Both the position numbers and the translations under genes were made by a program. The notes beneath the pieces were generated by a model that worked only from the letters and a program-made list of their open reading frames with translations, had not been told where the DNA came from and made no database searches. 64,000 bases of DNA, from positions 12,005-76,004 of the forward strand of contig CAWIXC010000004.1 of the NCBI GenBank assembly GCA_963839905.1. Direction: 5' to 3'. The DNA comes from an uncultured Actinomycetes bacterium (GTDB lineage Bacteria > Actinomycetota > Thermoleophilia > Solirubrobacterales > Solirubrobacteraceae). This document shows, in pieces, positions 1-9,145 of the stretch; position 1 is the first letter of the stretch, and each line of letters opens with the position of its first letter.

Positions 1-789
1 GACCTCGCCGTCCGCGCTGATGCGACCGACCTGCGCGTTCTCGGACTCGGTGAACCACATGGCGCCGTCCGGGCCCTGCGTGATGCCGAACGGCACGCCG
101 TTGGGCGTGATGCCGTCGGTGAACTCGGTGATCTCGCCCGCGGTCGTGATGCGCCCGACGCGGTCGTTGATGTCGGTGAACCAGAGCGTCCCGGCCGGCC
201 CGCTCGCGATCGAGTACGGCAGGCTGTCGTCGCTGAGGCCCGCAGTGAACGTCTCGACGTCGCCGCTCGTCGACATGGCGCCGATCGCGGGCACGAAGAT
301 GTCCTCGCCGAGGTCGACCGTGCCGGTGAACCAGAGGCGGCCGTCGGATCCGAGCGCGATGCCGCCCGCGGGAAGCATGGCGCCGGTGCTGAAGCGCGTG
401 ATCGTCCCGTCGGGCGTGATCTTGGCGATCGCGCTCGTCGAGATCTCGACGAACCACATGTTGCCGTCCGGGCCGGCGGTGATGCCGAGCGGCGTGGTCG
501 CCGGCCCCGGCCCCGTCGAGAACTCGGTCACGGCGCCCAGCGGCGTCACGCGGCCGACGATGTCCGCGGCCTTGTCGGTGTACCAGAGGTTGCCGTCCGC
601 GCTGGCGGCGATCCGGTTCGGCTTGCCCGAGACGCCACCCGAGAACTCATGGATCGTGACGGCCGACGCGCCGGCGGCGGAGCACAGCGACGCGGTCGCG
701 GCAGCGACGACGGCGAGCGCGAGGCAGCGCCACGAGCGCGGGCGCGGCGCCGCAGGGCGGCGCGCGAGCGGGAGTCGGCCGCTGATCAC
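1..789 (-). CDS. Secreted beta-propeller repeat protein (Vgb/NHL-like); 3' end lies left of the window
   Basis: Reverse frame is open from GTG at 789 to the window edge. N-terminus V-ISGRLPLARRPAAPRPRSWRCLALAVVAAATASLCSAAGASA looks like a signal peptide. It is followed by repeated blades of the type GITAGPDGNMWFVE / GITQGPDGAMWFTE. Absent from the ORF track because the stop is off-window; track ORF 20..907(+) is its antisense shadow. Confidence 0.7.
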   Translation of the reverse strand, partial: MISGRLPLARRPAAPRPRSWRCLALAVVAAATASLCSAAGASAVTIHEFSGGVSGKPNRIAASADGNLWYTDKAADIVGRVTPLGAVTEFSTGPGPATTPLGITAGPDGNMWFVEISTSAIAKITPDGTITRFSTGAMLPAGGIALGSDGRLWFTGTVDLGEDIFVPAIGAMSTSGDVETFTAGLSDDSLPYSIASGPAGTLWFTDINDRVGRITTAGEITEFTDGITPNGVPFGITQGPDGAMWFTESENAQVGRISADGEV

Positions 790-920
790 AGGGGCCTTAT
801 CGGCAGCGCGCCCGGCGTGGGCACCGCGGGCGCCGCGACCGGACGAATGGCCGAGATGTCCGCAAGGAGCGCGATCGGCGCGCACGACCGTCCTGCGACC
901 GGCGTAGGCTCGGCGCCGCG

Positions 921-1820
921 ATGAGCGCTCAAGAGGTGCAGCTGCGCGTGGAGGTCATCCCGCGCTGGACGTTTCACCTGCCCGTCCGCGGCGGCAGCGA
1001 CGGAGTGCTGCGCTGCCGCGGGGGCGTGCTCGAGCGCCTGCTGCATGTCGAGGGACGCCCGGTGATCGTGCGCGTCGCGCAGACCGGGCAGCGCCGTGTG
1101 CTGTTCGGCGCCCGCGCGCGCGATCGCGACGACGCCGAGGCAGCCATCGCGCGCATGCGCTTCGCGCTCGCCGTCGACGACGACTTGGCGGAGTTCTACG
1201 AGCGCTTCCGCGACGACCCGCTCATCGGCCCGTCGGTGCGGCACAAGCCATGGCTGCGGATCGCACGGCGCCCCGTGGCCTTCGAGGCGCTCGCGTGGGC
1301 GGTCTGCGAGCAGCTCATCGACTCGCCGCGCGCGGCGGCGATCGAGCGCCGGATCGTCCGCGCGCTCGGCCCGCGCTGCGCGGTCAGCGGCCTGCGCGAC
1401 GTCCCGCCGGCCGCGGCCCTCGGTGCGTGCGCGCCGGCGCGGCTTGAGTCCTTCGACCTGGCCGCGCGGCGCGCGGTCGCGCTGGTGCGCGTCGCCCGCG
1501 AGGTCGGCGCCGGGCGGATCGACCTCGACGGACCCGACCACGAACACGCGTGGCGGCGGCTGCTCGCGGTGCCGACGATCGGCCGCTGGACCGTCGAGAT
1601 GCTCGCCGCCCACGGCCAGGGGCGCTACGACGTGCTCCCGGCGGGCGACCTGGGCTACCTCAAGCTGCTGGGTCGCTGGCGCACCGGCGGCGACCCGGCC
1701 GCGCGCGCCGAGGAGGCCGAGGTGCGCGAGCTCTTCGAGCGCTTCGGCCCGTGGCGCGGTCTGGCCGCCAAGCACGCGCTCGGCGTGGCGCAGCCCGCGC
1801 GGCAGCTCATCGCCGCCTGA
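921..1820 (+). CDS. alkA: DNA-3-methyladenine glycosylase II family (HhH-GPD)
   Basis: 299 aa. Helix-hairpin-helix region LLAVPTIGRWTVEMLA followed by the catalytic-Asp context VLPAGDLGYLK, typical of AlkA-type HhH-GPD glycosylases. Confidence 0.75.
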   Translation: MSAQEVQLRVEVIPRWTFHLPVRGGSDGVLRCRGGVLERLLHVEGRPVIVRVAQTGQRRVLFGARARDRDDAEAAIARMRFALAVDDDLAEFYERFRDDPLIGPSVRHKPWLRIARRPVAFEALAWAVCEQLIDSPRAAAIERRIVRALGPRCAVSGLRDVPPAAALGACAPARLESFDLAARRAVALVRVAREVGAGRIDLDGPDHEHAWRRLLAVPTIGRWTVEMLAAHGQGRYDVLPAGDLGYLKLLGRWRTGGDPAARAEEAEVRELFERFGPWRGLAAKHALGVAQPARQLIAA

Positions 1821-1930
1821 CCGCGCGAAAGGCCGCCGCCGGCGGACCCTTCCGGCCCGAGGCGGCGGAGCGCGAGGGCGCCGCCAGGGGGACCTCCTGC
1901 GCCGGCGGGCGAGCAGGGCCACTCGCGCGG

Positions 1931-3094
1931 TCAGGCCTCGCGAGCGATCGACACCTCGCCAGCGCCGCGCCACTCGGCGACGCGCTCGAGCGCGCGCGCG
2001 AAGGCCCGGTCGAGCGCCGGCGACCGGCGTACGCCCGGCTCGCGATGCAGGGCGTGAACGCGCAGCACGCCGGCGTCGATCGCCGCGTCGGCGCGCGCGA
2101 CGATCCGCTCGCGGTGCAGGATCGGCAGCACGTAGTAGCCCCAGCGCCTCTGCGCGGGCGGGACGTAGATCTCGAGGCGATGCTCGAACCCGAACAGCTC
2201 GGCGGCCCGCGCGCGGTCGCAGAGCAGGTTGTCGAACGGCGACAGGACCGTCGTGCGGGTGCCGGGTCGCAGGTCGCCGGCGGCATCGACGTCCTCGGGC
2301 GCGGCGTACCAGGCGTCGCCGAGCCCGGCGACCGCGACGCGCTCGAGGCGGCCCGACGCGACGAGCGCGGCGAGCGTGTCCGGCAGGCGGCGGTAGCGCC
2401 GGCGCAGGAAGTGCGCGCGGACGTGCGCGGGCCGGGCCACGCCGAGCATCCGCACCGCGCGCAGCGCCGCCGAGCGCTCGGCCTCCTCGTCGGTCAGCTC
2501 GGCGAGCGGGGCGTCGGCGGGCAGGCAGCGCTCGAAGACGTCCCACAGCCGCTCGCCACCGCTGCGCCCGCCGACGCCGACGCGCCCCTCGAGCCACAGC
2601 AGGTGCAGCAGCCGCGCGATCGTCTGGCGGCCGGAGACCTCGTCGGTCCACCAGCCGTGGCGCCACGGCTCGGCCGAGCGATCCTCGAGCTCGCGGGCGC
2701 GCAGCGGGCCGCGCGCGCGCAGCTCGTCGACGAGCTCGTCGCAGAACGCGGCGTTCGCCTCGAGGAACGCCCGCGCGCGCAGCGCCCGCGCGCCCGTGCC
2801 GGCGTGCACGGTCCGCATCGCCCAGCGGTGCAGCGGCAGGTCGGCGGTCGCGACAAGCGACGCCTCGTGCGCCCACGCGTCGAACAGCGCGCGCCGCTCG
2901 TAGGCCGCTTGCAGCAGCGACTCCTCGCGCACGGGCCCCAGCCGCGAGAACAGCACGAGCAGCGGGCTGCGCGCGACCGCGCTGACGGGGTCGAGCTGCA
3001 GGCAGCCGATCCGCCGCACGGCGTCCGCGATCGCCTCCGGCCCCGGACGAGCGCGCGGCGGCGCGACCGCGAGGCCCTGCGCGTGCAGGGCCAT
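1931..3094 (-). CDS. Winged-helix DNA-binding protein, YcaQ/DUF1006 family (crosslink-repair glycosylase-like)
   Basis: C-terminal 387 codons of track ORF 1931..4087. N-terminal (SLKQARR)MALHAQGL and C-terminal FEHRLEIYVPPAQRRWGYYVLPIL are hallmark YcaQ-family segments. Start set at ATG 3094; no canonical start lies between it and the upstream stop, so the start is uncertain. Confidence 0.75.
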   Translation of the reverse strand: MALHAQGLAVAPPRARPGPEAIADAVRRIGCLQLDPVSAVARSPLLVLFSRLGPVREESLLQAAYERRALFDAWAHEASLVATADLPLHRWAMRTVHAGTGARALRARAFLEANAAFCDELVDELRARGPLRARELEDRSAEPWRHGWWTDEVSGRQTIARLLHLLWLEGRVGVGGRSGGERLWDVFERCLPADAPLAELTDEEAERSAALRAVRMLGVARPAHVRAHFLRRRYRRLPDTLAALVASGRLERVAVAGLGDAWYAAPEDVDAAGDLRPGTRTTVLSPFDNLLCDRARAAELFGFEHRLEIYVPPAQRRWGYYVLPILHRERIVARADAAIDAGVLRVHALHREPGVRRSPALDRAFARALERVAEWRGAGEVSIAREA

Positions 3095-3129
3095 GCGCCG
3101 CGCCTGCTTCAGCGAGAGCGTGCGTACGG

Positions 3130-4182
3130 CTAGATCCCCTCGCCCGGCAGGAACTCGTTCGTCAGCGCGCGGTTGGCCCCGGCCGGGCTTGAGAGCAGGT
3201 CGTTGTCGAGCATCCACTGTGTGTAGCGCTTCCACGCGGCGGGGTCCTGGTAGCCGAACGGCTTGGTCTTGTCGCGCGGGAAGAACACCGGCAGCGTCGC
3301 CTTGACCTGCGCGAGCTGCAGCTTGCGGTCGAGGTCGGAGTTCGCGTCGACGAGGGCGTCGACGGCTTTGCCGACGTCGTCGCGCAGCGCCTGGTGGCCG
3401 AGCGCCAGCGCGCGCATGAAGCGCCGCAGCATCGCCCCACGCTTGCGCACGTCCGCCTCGCGGGCGACGATCACGAGCTCGTTGTACGTCGGCACGCCGA
3501 TCTGGTCCACGCGCAGGATCTTCGGGTCCTTGTCGCGCCGCCGCAGCTCGACGCCCTCGACGTTCCAGAACGCGCCGAGCGTCGCGTCGACCTTCTTCGT
3601 CAAGAGCGCGGGCACGAGGTTGAAGCCGACGTTGATCGTCTTCACGCGGTCGGGGTCGATGCCGGCCTCGTCGACGATCGTCTTGAGGTAGGCGTCCTGG
3701 TAGGGGATCCCGGCCGTGCCGACCTTCGCGCCCTCGAGCTGGCCGGGCTCGTCGATGGCCTTCGAGCCGAGCGAGATGATCGACGTCAGCGGCCGCTGGA
3801 CGAGCGCGCCGATCGCGACGAGCTTCGCGCCCTTCGCGCGGGCGAGCAGCAGCTCGGGCTCGTAGGAGATCGCGAGATCCGCGCGGCCGGAGGCGAGGAG
3901 CTTCAGCGGTGCCGACGGGTCCGACGGCGTGCGCGGCTTGACGTCCAGGCGCGCCTGCTCGAAGCGCCCCTCGCTGAGTGCGGCGTAGATGCCGGCGTGG
4001 TCGGCGTTGGGGAAGAAGTCGAGGACGAGGTCGACGCGCTCGGGCTTCGAGCCCGCGCCGCCCGTCGGCTCCTCGCGCTCGCCGCACGCGGCAAGGCCGA
4101 GCGCGAGCAGGGCGGCGAGCACGGCTGGCAGGGCGCGGCGGATCGTCACGGGGGTGGTTCCTCTCGGTCGGGTCAAGGTCAT
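3130..4182 (-). CDS. thiY: ABC transporter substrate-binding lipoprotein, NMT1/ThiY-like (pyrimidine/HMP precursor uptake)
   Basis: Lipobox LALGLAACG. NMT1-like body (VDLVLDFFPNADHAGIYAA..., GTAGIPYQDAYL). ATG 4182 overlaps the permease stop (ATGA). Last gene of an operon headed by a TPP riboswitch. Confidence 0.75.
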   Translation of the reverse strand: MTLTRPRGTTPVTIRRALPAVLAALLALGLAACGEREEPTGGAGSKPERVDLVLDFFPNADHAGIYAALSEGRFEQARLDVKPRTPSDPSAPLKLLASGRADLAISYEPELLLARAKGAKLVAIGALVQRPLTSIISLGSKAIDEPGQLEGAKVGTAGIPYQDAYLKTIVDEAGIDPDRVKTINVGFNLVPALLTKKVDATLGAFWNVEGVELRRRDKDPKILRVDQIGVPTYNELVIVAREADVRKRGAMLRRFMRALALGHQALRDDVGKAVDALVDANSDLDRKLQLAQVKATLPVFFPRDKTKPFGYQDPAAWKRYTQWMLDNDLLSSPAGANRALTNEFLPGEGI

Positions 4183-4913
4183 CGGGCGGGCCACGCCCAG
4201 GGGACGAGCCAGCGCTCGAAGAGCGACAGCGCGCCGAACATCGCCACCGAGAACGCTGCCAGGATCAGCACGCCCGCGTACGCGCGCGCGGTCTCGAACT
4301 GCGGCAGGGCTTGGAGCACGAGGTGCCCGAGCCCGTTCTCCGAGCCCGCCCACTCCGCGAGGATCGCGGCGATCCCGGCGAACGCGAGGCTGAGCTTTGC
4401 GCCTGTGATGAGGCCGGGCAGCGCCGCGGGCGCCTCGACGAGCCGGAACGTCTGCCAGCGCGAGGCCCCGAACGAGCGCATGAGCTTGCGCAGGTCGGCG
4501 TCCGAGCGGCCGAGCGCATCGAGCGTCGAGACGACGATCGGAAACAGGCAGACGAGCGCGACGATCACGATCTTCGGGGTCAGGTCGTAGCCGAACCAGA
4601 CGACGAGCAGCGGCGCGATCACCGGGATCGGGATCGTCTGGCTCGTCACGAGCAGCGGGTACAGCGATCGCCGCACGGGCCGGCAGAGGTGGATCGCGAC
4701 TGCCGTCGCGAGGCCGAGCACGAGCGCCGCGGCGATCCCCAGCGCGATCTCGCGCGCGGTGACCGCGAAGTTCGCCCACAGCAGCGCGCGGTCGTCGACG
4801 AGCGCCTGCGCGATCGCGCTGGGCGCGGGCAGCAGCAGCTCGTCGACGCCGCCGAGGCCGACGTAGGCCTCCCAGCCGCTGACGAGCGCGAGCAGGACGA
4901 GCAGCGCCCTCAC
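4179..4913 (-). CDS. thiX: ABC transporter permease (NitT/TauT family, ThiX-like)
   Basis: 244 aa multi-TM protein containing an EAA-like loop (ALGRSDADLRKLMRSFGASRWQTFRLVEAPAALPG). GTG 4913 overlaps the ATPase stop (GTGA). Confidence 0.75.
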   Translation of the reverse strand: MRALLVLLALVSGWEAYVGLGGVDELLLPAPSAIAQALVDDRALLWANFAVTAREIALGIAAALVLGLATAVAIHLCRPVRRSLYPLLVTSQTIPIPVIAPLLVVWFGYDLTPKIVIVALVCLFPIVVSTLDALGRSDADLRKLMRSFGASRWQTFRLVEAPAALPGLITGAKLSLAFAGIAAILAEWAGSENGLGHLVLQALPQFETARAYAGVLILAAFSVAMFGALSLFERWLVPWAWPAR

Positions 4914-5686
4914 GCGCCGAGCTCCTCGAGCGCGCGGGCGCGCAGGGCGACGAGCTCGGGGTCGTCGCGGCGTCTCGGCCTGCGCGCGCCGACGTCGAGC
5001 GTCGCGAGCACGCGCCCCGGCCGCTCGGACAGCACGACGACGCGGTCGGCGAGCATGACCGCCTCCTCGACGTCGTGCGTGACGAGGACGACCGTGCGCG
5101 GGTCGTCGTGCAGCGTCGCCGCGAGCCAGTCCTGCATCTGCAGGCGCGTGAGCGCGTCGAGCGCGGCGAACGGCTCGTCGAGGCACAGCACCGGCCGGCC
5201 CGCGAGCAGCGTGCGCGCGAACGCGACGCGCTGGCGCATGCCGCCCGACAGCTCGTGCGGCCGGGCGCGCTCGAAGCCCTGCAGGCCGAAATCGTGCAGC
5301 AGCGCGGCGGCGCGCTTGCGGGCGGTCGCGCGGTCCAGGCCGCTGACGCGCAGCGCGAGGGCGGCGTTGTCCGCGGCGCCGGCCCATGGCAGGAGCAGGT
5401 CGCGCTGGGCCATGAGCGCCGCGGCCTGCGACTCGACCGTGCCCGCGTCGGGCTCGACGAGCCCGCAGACGAGCTCGAGCAGCGTCGTCTTGCCGCAGCC
5501 GCTGGGCCCGACGACGGCGACGATCTCGCCGGTGCGCACGCGCAGCGAGACCCCGTCCAGGGCGGTGACGGGCGCCGCCCCGCGACGGGCCGGCGGAAAG
5601 GTCTTCGACACGCGATCCAGGCGCACGGCATCGATGTCGATTCCCGTCGCCGGCGCCTCGAGAGGCGCTTGAGTCCGCGTCTGCAT
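4910..5686 (-). CDS. thiZ: ABC transporter ATP-binding protein (ThiZ-like)
   Basis: Walker A GPSGCGKTT, signature LSGGMRQRV, Walker B VLCLDEPF, H-loop VTHD. Start at ATG 5686, preceded by GGAGGGAGCG. Confidence 0.8.
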   Translation of the reverse strand: MQTRTQAPLEAPATGIDIDAVRLDRVSKTFPPARRGAAPVTALDGVSLRVRTGEIVAVVGPSGCGKTTLLELVCGLVEPDAGTVESQAAALMAQRDLLLPWAGAADNAALALRVSGLDRATARKRAAALLHDFGLQGFERARPHELSGGMRQRVAFARTLLAGRPVLCLDEPFAALDALTRLQMQDWLAATLHDDPRTVVLVTHDVEEAVMLADRVVVLSERPGRVLATLDVGARRPRRRDDPELVALRARALEELGA

Positions 5687-5689
5687 CGC

Positions 5690-5782
5690 TCCCTCCGCGG
5701 GCATTACCCCACAGGTTCGAAGGGTCTTGCGGCAGCGGCCGCGAATCTCAGCCGGGCGAACACCCCAGCACCCCTGGTTGTC
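5690..5782 (-). promoter_or_regulatory. TPP (THI-box) riboswitch
   Basis: Reverse strand reads ...CAGGGGUGCUGGGGUGUUCGCCCGGCUGAGAUUCGCGGCCGCUGCCGCAAGACCCUUCGAACCUGUGGGGUAAUGCCCGCGGAGGGAGCG-AUG. It contains the conserved GGGGUGC, GCUGAGA, ACCCUUCGAACCUG, GGUAAUGCC and GCGGAGGGA blocks. The 3' block includes the SD of thiZ, which suggests translational control. Confidence 0.85.
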
Positions 5783-5946
5783 AGCGCGATCCAAGGTACC
5801 AGAGCCATTTGGCCGCCCGGCGATCGATCGCTAGGACGCCGCGCGCAGCCGATCGGGCGCCGCGCGGAGCACGACGGCGGTCCGACGGGTGCAACGCGAC
5901 TTGCAGTTCGTCCGATCCGTGTGCTGTCTGCCACGATCCCGGCGCG

Positions 5947-6732
5947 ATGGCAAACCGCAGCGCAGGCAGCGTGCCTCCTCTCGCAGACCCGCGGGCGGCG
6001 TTGCCGCGCGTGCGCCAGGTGGAATGGGACCACTACTACTCCCAGATCGCGAGTGACGTGGCGATCCGCGCGAACTGCACGGGGTCAAGCGTCGGCGCGG
6101 TGCTCGTTCGCGACAACCGCATCATCAGCACGGGCTTCAACGGCACCCCGCAGGGCTTCACAAACTGTCTCGACGGCGGCTGCGTTCGGTGCCGGGATCG
6201 AATGCTTGCGAAGGCGTCCCGGTTCGACGACATGGCGTATCCAGCGCTGGGTCACGAGCAGAAGCACTTCGATCTGTGTATCTGCGTTCATGCCGAGGCC
6301 AATACCTTGCTGTCTGCGGCACGGGCGGGCGTGAGGACCGACGCGAGCACGATGTACGTGACGCACACGCCGTGCTTCACGTGCCTGAAGGAAGCCATCC
6401 AGGCGGGGGTGGAACGCGTGGTCTACCTCGAGGAGTGGGTGCAAGACCGCGACGAGAGCATGGTGCATCAGTACGACCTTCTGGCCGAGCATCTGAGGAA
6501 CAACGACGCGCGAAACTTCGAGCAGTTGCAGCGCCAGCGCGACCTCGTGCACGGAACCGCCACGAAGGTCAAGGAGCCCTGCCTCGACGCGCTGCTCGAG
6601 AGCCTGGACGCGGAGCTGAAGCGGAAGGTCGCACGCGACAAACGCAAGCGCAGGGCAGACGCTAGGCGGGCCGAGCGAGCGACTCAGGCGGAAAGATCCG
6701 CAGCCGCAGCGTCGGATGACCACCCGAGCTAG
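5947..6732 (+). CDS. Deoxycytidylate (dCMP)/CMP deaminase family zinc enzyme with a charged C-terminal tail
   Basis: VHAEANTLL (HAE) and THTPCFTCLK (PCxxC) zinc motifs. ComEB-like N-terminus WDHYYSQIASDVAIRANC. Extra CLDGGCVRC cysteine cluster. Lys/Arg/Glu-rich C-terminal tail. Start at ATG 5947 (MANRS...). Confidence 0.7.
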   Translation: MANRSAGSVPPLADPRAALPRVRQVEWDHYYSQIASDVAIRANCTGSSVGAVLVRDNRIISTGFNGTPQGFTNCLDGGCVRCRDRMLAKASRFDDMAYPALGHEQKHFDLCICVHAEANTLLSAARAGVRTDASTMYVTHTPCFTCLKEAIQAGVERVVYLEEWVQDRDESMVHQYDLLAEHLRNNDARNFEQLQRQRDLVHGTATKVKEPCLDALLESLDAELKRKVARDKRKRRADARRAERATQAERSAAAASDDHPS

Positions 6733-7189
6733 CCGCCTGCTGCCAACCGCGTTCCCAGGCTAGATCGGGAACTCGGCTGATGTCACCCAGCGCGGCCTCT
6801 GCATGGTCGCAGTCAAGCAGCGTGCGCGCCTCGATGACCACGTAGCTCGTGCCGGCAGGATGACCCATGTCGGCATGAGGAAGGCGCCCATCCTCGACCA
6901 CGTCGATCCCACGGCGGTGCGCAACTCGATCCGCGATTGCTGTCCCCACGGGTCCGACCGAGACGGACGCCGGCCGGATTCTCGCGTGTCGATCGAAGCG
7001 CTCGGGCACACCGCCGACCCTCGCACAAGACGAGGACCGAGGATGGCCGCATTCCCGCAAATTCGATATCTCCGATGGCCGCCTTCGACAAGGCTGCCCG
7101 AAAGGGCTGCCTGTCCGGCACGACCCCCCCAACCGGCTCGTACGCGTTTGGGACTGGAGCCAAGAATCCGCGGATCAATGACAAGGGAA

Positions 7190-7629
7190 GAGCGTGGGTA
7201 TCGTTGCCATGCCGTTGCTGGCACGATCAGCAGACCAAGCCGCATTGCCTCGCCTTCAGACTCCGAGAGAGGCGCTCGTACAGCAAGCAGGATCATCACG
7301 TCGTCGCGGGCATCTCGGCGCAGAGCGCTGATGCTCACGCCCTGTGCATGCACGTCGTCCTGATAGCGCCTGGCGGGCGCGGTCGCGCGCACCTGCAGGA
7401 GGATCACGAGAAGACGATCTCTGAGATGCAGGGCTCGACCGTGTGCTCGCACGGCGATCGTCTGCAGCGTCACTTCGTGCTCGAGCATGGCGAGATGGCG
7501 TACATCCCGGCCAGCGTCGCGCACCTCTCGATCAACGTCAGCGAGAAGGAGCCTGCCACATGCATCGTGGCCCGAACGGACGCCGACGAGTGGAGAGCGT
7601 GGTCCTGCTGCCGCAGCTCAAGCAGTTAA
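7190..7629 (+). pseudogene. Possible decayed cupin-domain gene
   Basis: Frame of ORF 6937..7629 reads MHVVLIAPGGRGRAHLQEDHEKTIS...GDRLQRHFVLEHGEMAYIPASVAHLSINVSEKEPATCIVARTDADE, which resembles small RmlC-like cupins. The expected continuation ESVVLLP sits in a different frame (ORF 7443..7742) and the N-terminal part (LQTPRE...) in a third frame. No convincing start codon. Confidence 0.35.
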
Positions 7630-7751
7630 GGCACACGCAACGGCACGGCCGCGTCGTGATCGAGTTCGACAGCGTGCCGCTGAAACTCACGTGGCCTGTC
7701 GGCCTCCGGCGCGGAAGCATGCCCCGCGCCGACCCCGGGTAACCGGCCGGC

Positions 7752-8762
7752 GTGCTCGACCTTCCCGAACCTCGCGGCGAGATCACGGAGCACCTGCTCG
7801 CGGCGCTGACTCGGCCCGTGCACCCGCTGCCCGCCGTGCTCGTGACGCCGCCCGACGACCCGCTCGCCGACGACGACCTCCAGCTCGCGCTGTACCTCTG
7901 CTACGAGCTGCACTACCGCGGGCTGCCCGGCGTCGCCGACGCCTGGGAGTGGGAGCCGAGCCTGCTCGCGCTGCGGCGCGACCTCGAGACGCGCTTCGAG
8001 CACGCGCTGCACGAGGCCGTGCCGGTGACGACCGAGCCCGAGTCTCCCGCGGAGATGGACCTCGCGTTGCGCGCCGTCGCCGATGCCTCCGAGGCGCCGT
8101 CGCTGTCGCGCTACATCGAGCGTCACGCGACGCTCGAGCAGGTGCTCGAGTTCCTCGCACACCGCTCGGCCTACCAGCTCAAGGAGGCCGATCCGCACTC
8201 GTTTGCGCTGCCGCGCCTGTACGGCTCGCCGAAGGCCGCGCTCGTGCAGATCCAGGCCGACGAGTACGGCGGCGGCGTCACCGATCGCATTCACGCGAAG
8301 CTCTTCGCCGACGCGATGGACGCCGTCGGCCTGGACTCGCGCTACGGCGCATACGTCGAGCACCTGCCGGGCGTGACGCTCGCGACGGTCAACCTCATGT
8401 CGCTCTTCGGCCTGCACCGGCGCTTGCGCGGCGCGATCGTCGGACATCTGGCGCTGTTCGAGATGGAGTCCTCGATCCCCAACCGCCGCTATGCGAGCGG
8501 GCTGCGCCGGCTGGGCTGCGGGGAGCAGGCGACCGCGTTCTTCGACGAGCACGTGATGGCCGACGCGATCCACGAGTCGGTCGCCGCCGTGGATCTCGCG
8601 GGCGGCCTGGCGCGTCAGCAGCCCGAGCTCACCGGCGACATCCTCTGGGGCGCGGCGACGCTCGTCGCCCTCGACGACCGCGTAGCGCGCCACACGCTGC
8701 AGGCGTGGGAGCTCGGGGTCAGCTCACTGCGCACCGCGCTGCCCGCGCCGCTGCCGGCCTGA
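7752..8762 (+). CDS. Iron-containing redox enzyme family protein (heme-oxygenase-like fold)
   Basis: 336 aa with GTG start. Helical protein containing LQLALYLCYELHYRG, IQADEYGGG and FFDEHVMADAIHE segments typical of this family. Confidence 0.7.
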   Translation: MLDLPEPRGEITEHLLAALTRPVHPLPAVLVTPPDDPLADDDLQLALYLCYELHYRGLPGVADAWEWEPSLLALRRDLETRFEHALHEAVPVTTEPESPAEMDLALRAVADASEAPSLSRYIERHATLEQVLEFLAHRSAYQLKEADPHSFALPRLYGSPKAALVQIQADEYGGGVTDRIHAKLFADAMDAVGLDSRYGAYVEHLPGVTLATVNLMSLFGLHRRLRGAIVGHLALFEMESSIPNRRYASGLRRLGCGEQATAFFDEHVMADAIHESVAAVDLAGGLARQQPELTGDILWGAATLVALDDRVARHTLQAWELGVSSLRTALPAPLPA

Positions 8763-8777
8763 GCCGGCCCGAAAGCC

Positions 8778-9008
8778 CTACGCTGCCGCGCCGGCTTCGC
8801 GCCCCGACTCCGCCGAGCTCGGCGCCCGGAAGCGCACGAGGCGGTGGGTCCCGTCGCAGAACGGGCGCATTCGCGACTTGCCGCAGCGACACAGCGCGAT
8901 CGTCTCGCGCTCGGTGTCGATCGGCGTCCCGTCCTGGTCTTCGAGGACGAACGGGCCACGCACGATGAGCGGCCCGTCGCGGTAGGAGGTGATGCGGGTC
9001 TCGGACAT
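8778..9008 (-). CDS. CDGSH iron-sulfur domain protein
   Basis: 76 aa with the signature C-R-C-G-K-S-x5-F-C-D-G-T-H. Confidence 0.85.
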   Translation of the reverse strand: MSETRITSYRDGPLIVRGPFVLEDQDGTPIDTERETIALCRCGKSRMRPFCDGTHRLVRFRAPSSAESGREAGAAA

Positions 9009-9145
9009 GCGGGTGCATCATCCCCGGGCGCCCGGATTCGCATGCGTCTTCTCCGACCGACTACCCTCAACAGGGACGCACCGGCTTCGGGTCTTCATCG
9101 CCTCCTCTCGCCTCGAGCCGCGCCGCACGCCGAGGGAAGGCGAGA

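Noticed and set aside
20-907. Track ORF 20..907(+), 295 aa
   Set aside because: It is the antisense shadow of the minus-strand beta-propeller gene, whose translation shows clean repeated GITxGPDGxxWF blades. The plus-strand translation has no such structure.
786-2985. Very long ORFs 786..2876(-) and 1096..2985(+) (696 and 629 aa)
   Set aside because: Their translations are almost pure Arg/Ala/Pro/Gly low complexity. They overlap the well-supported alkA-like and YcaQ-like genes. These are typical antisense or off-frame open frames in high-GC DNA.
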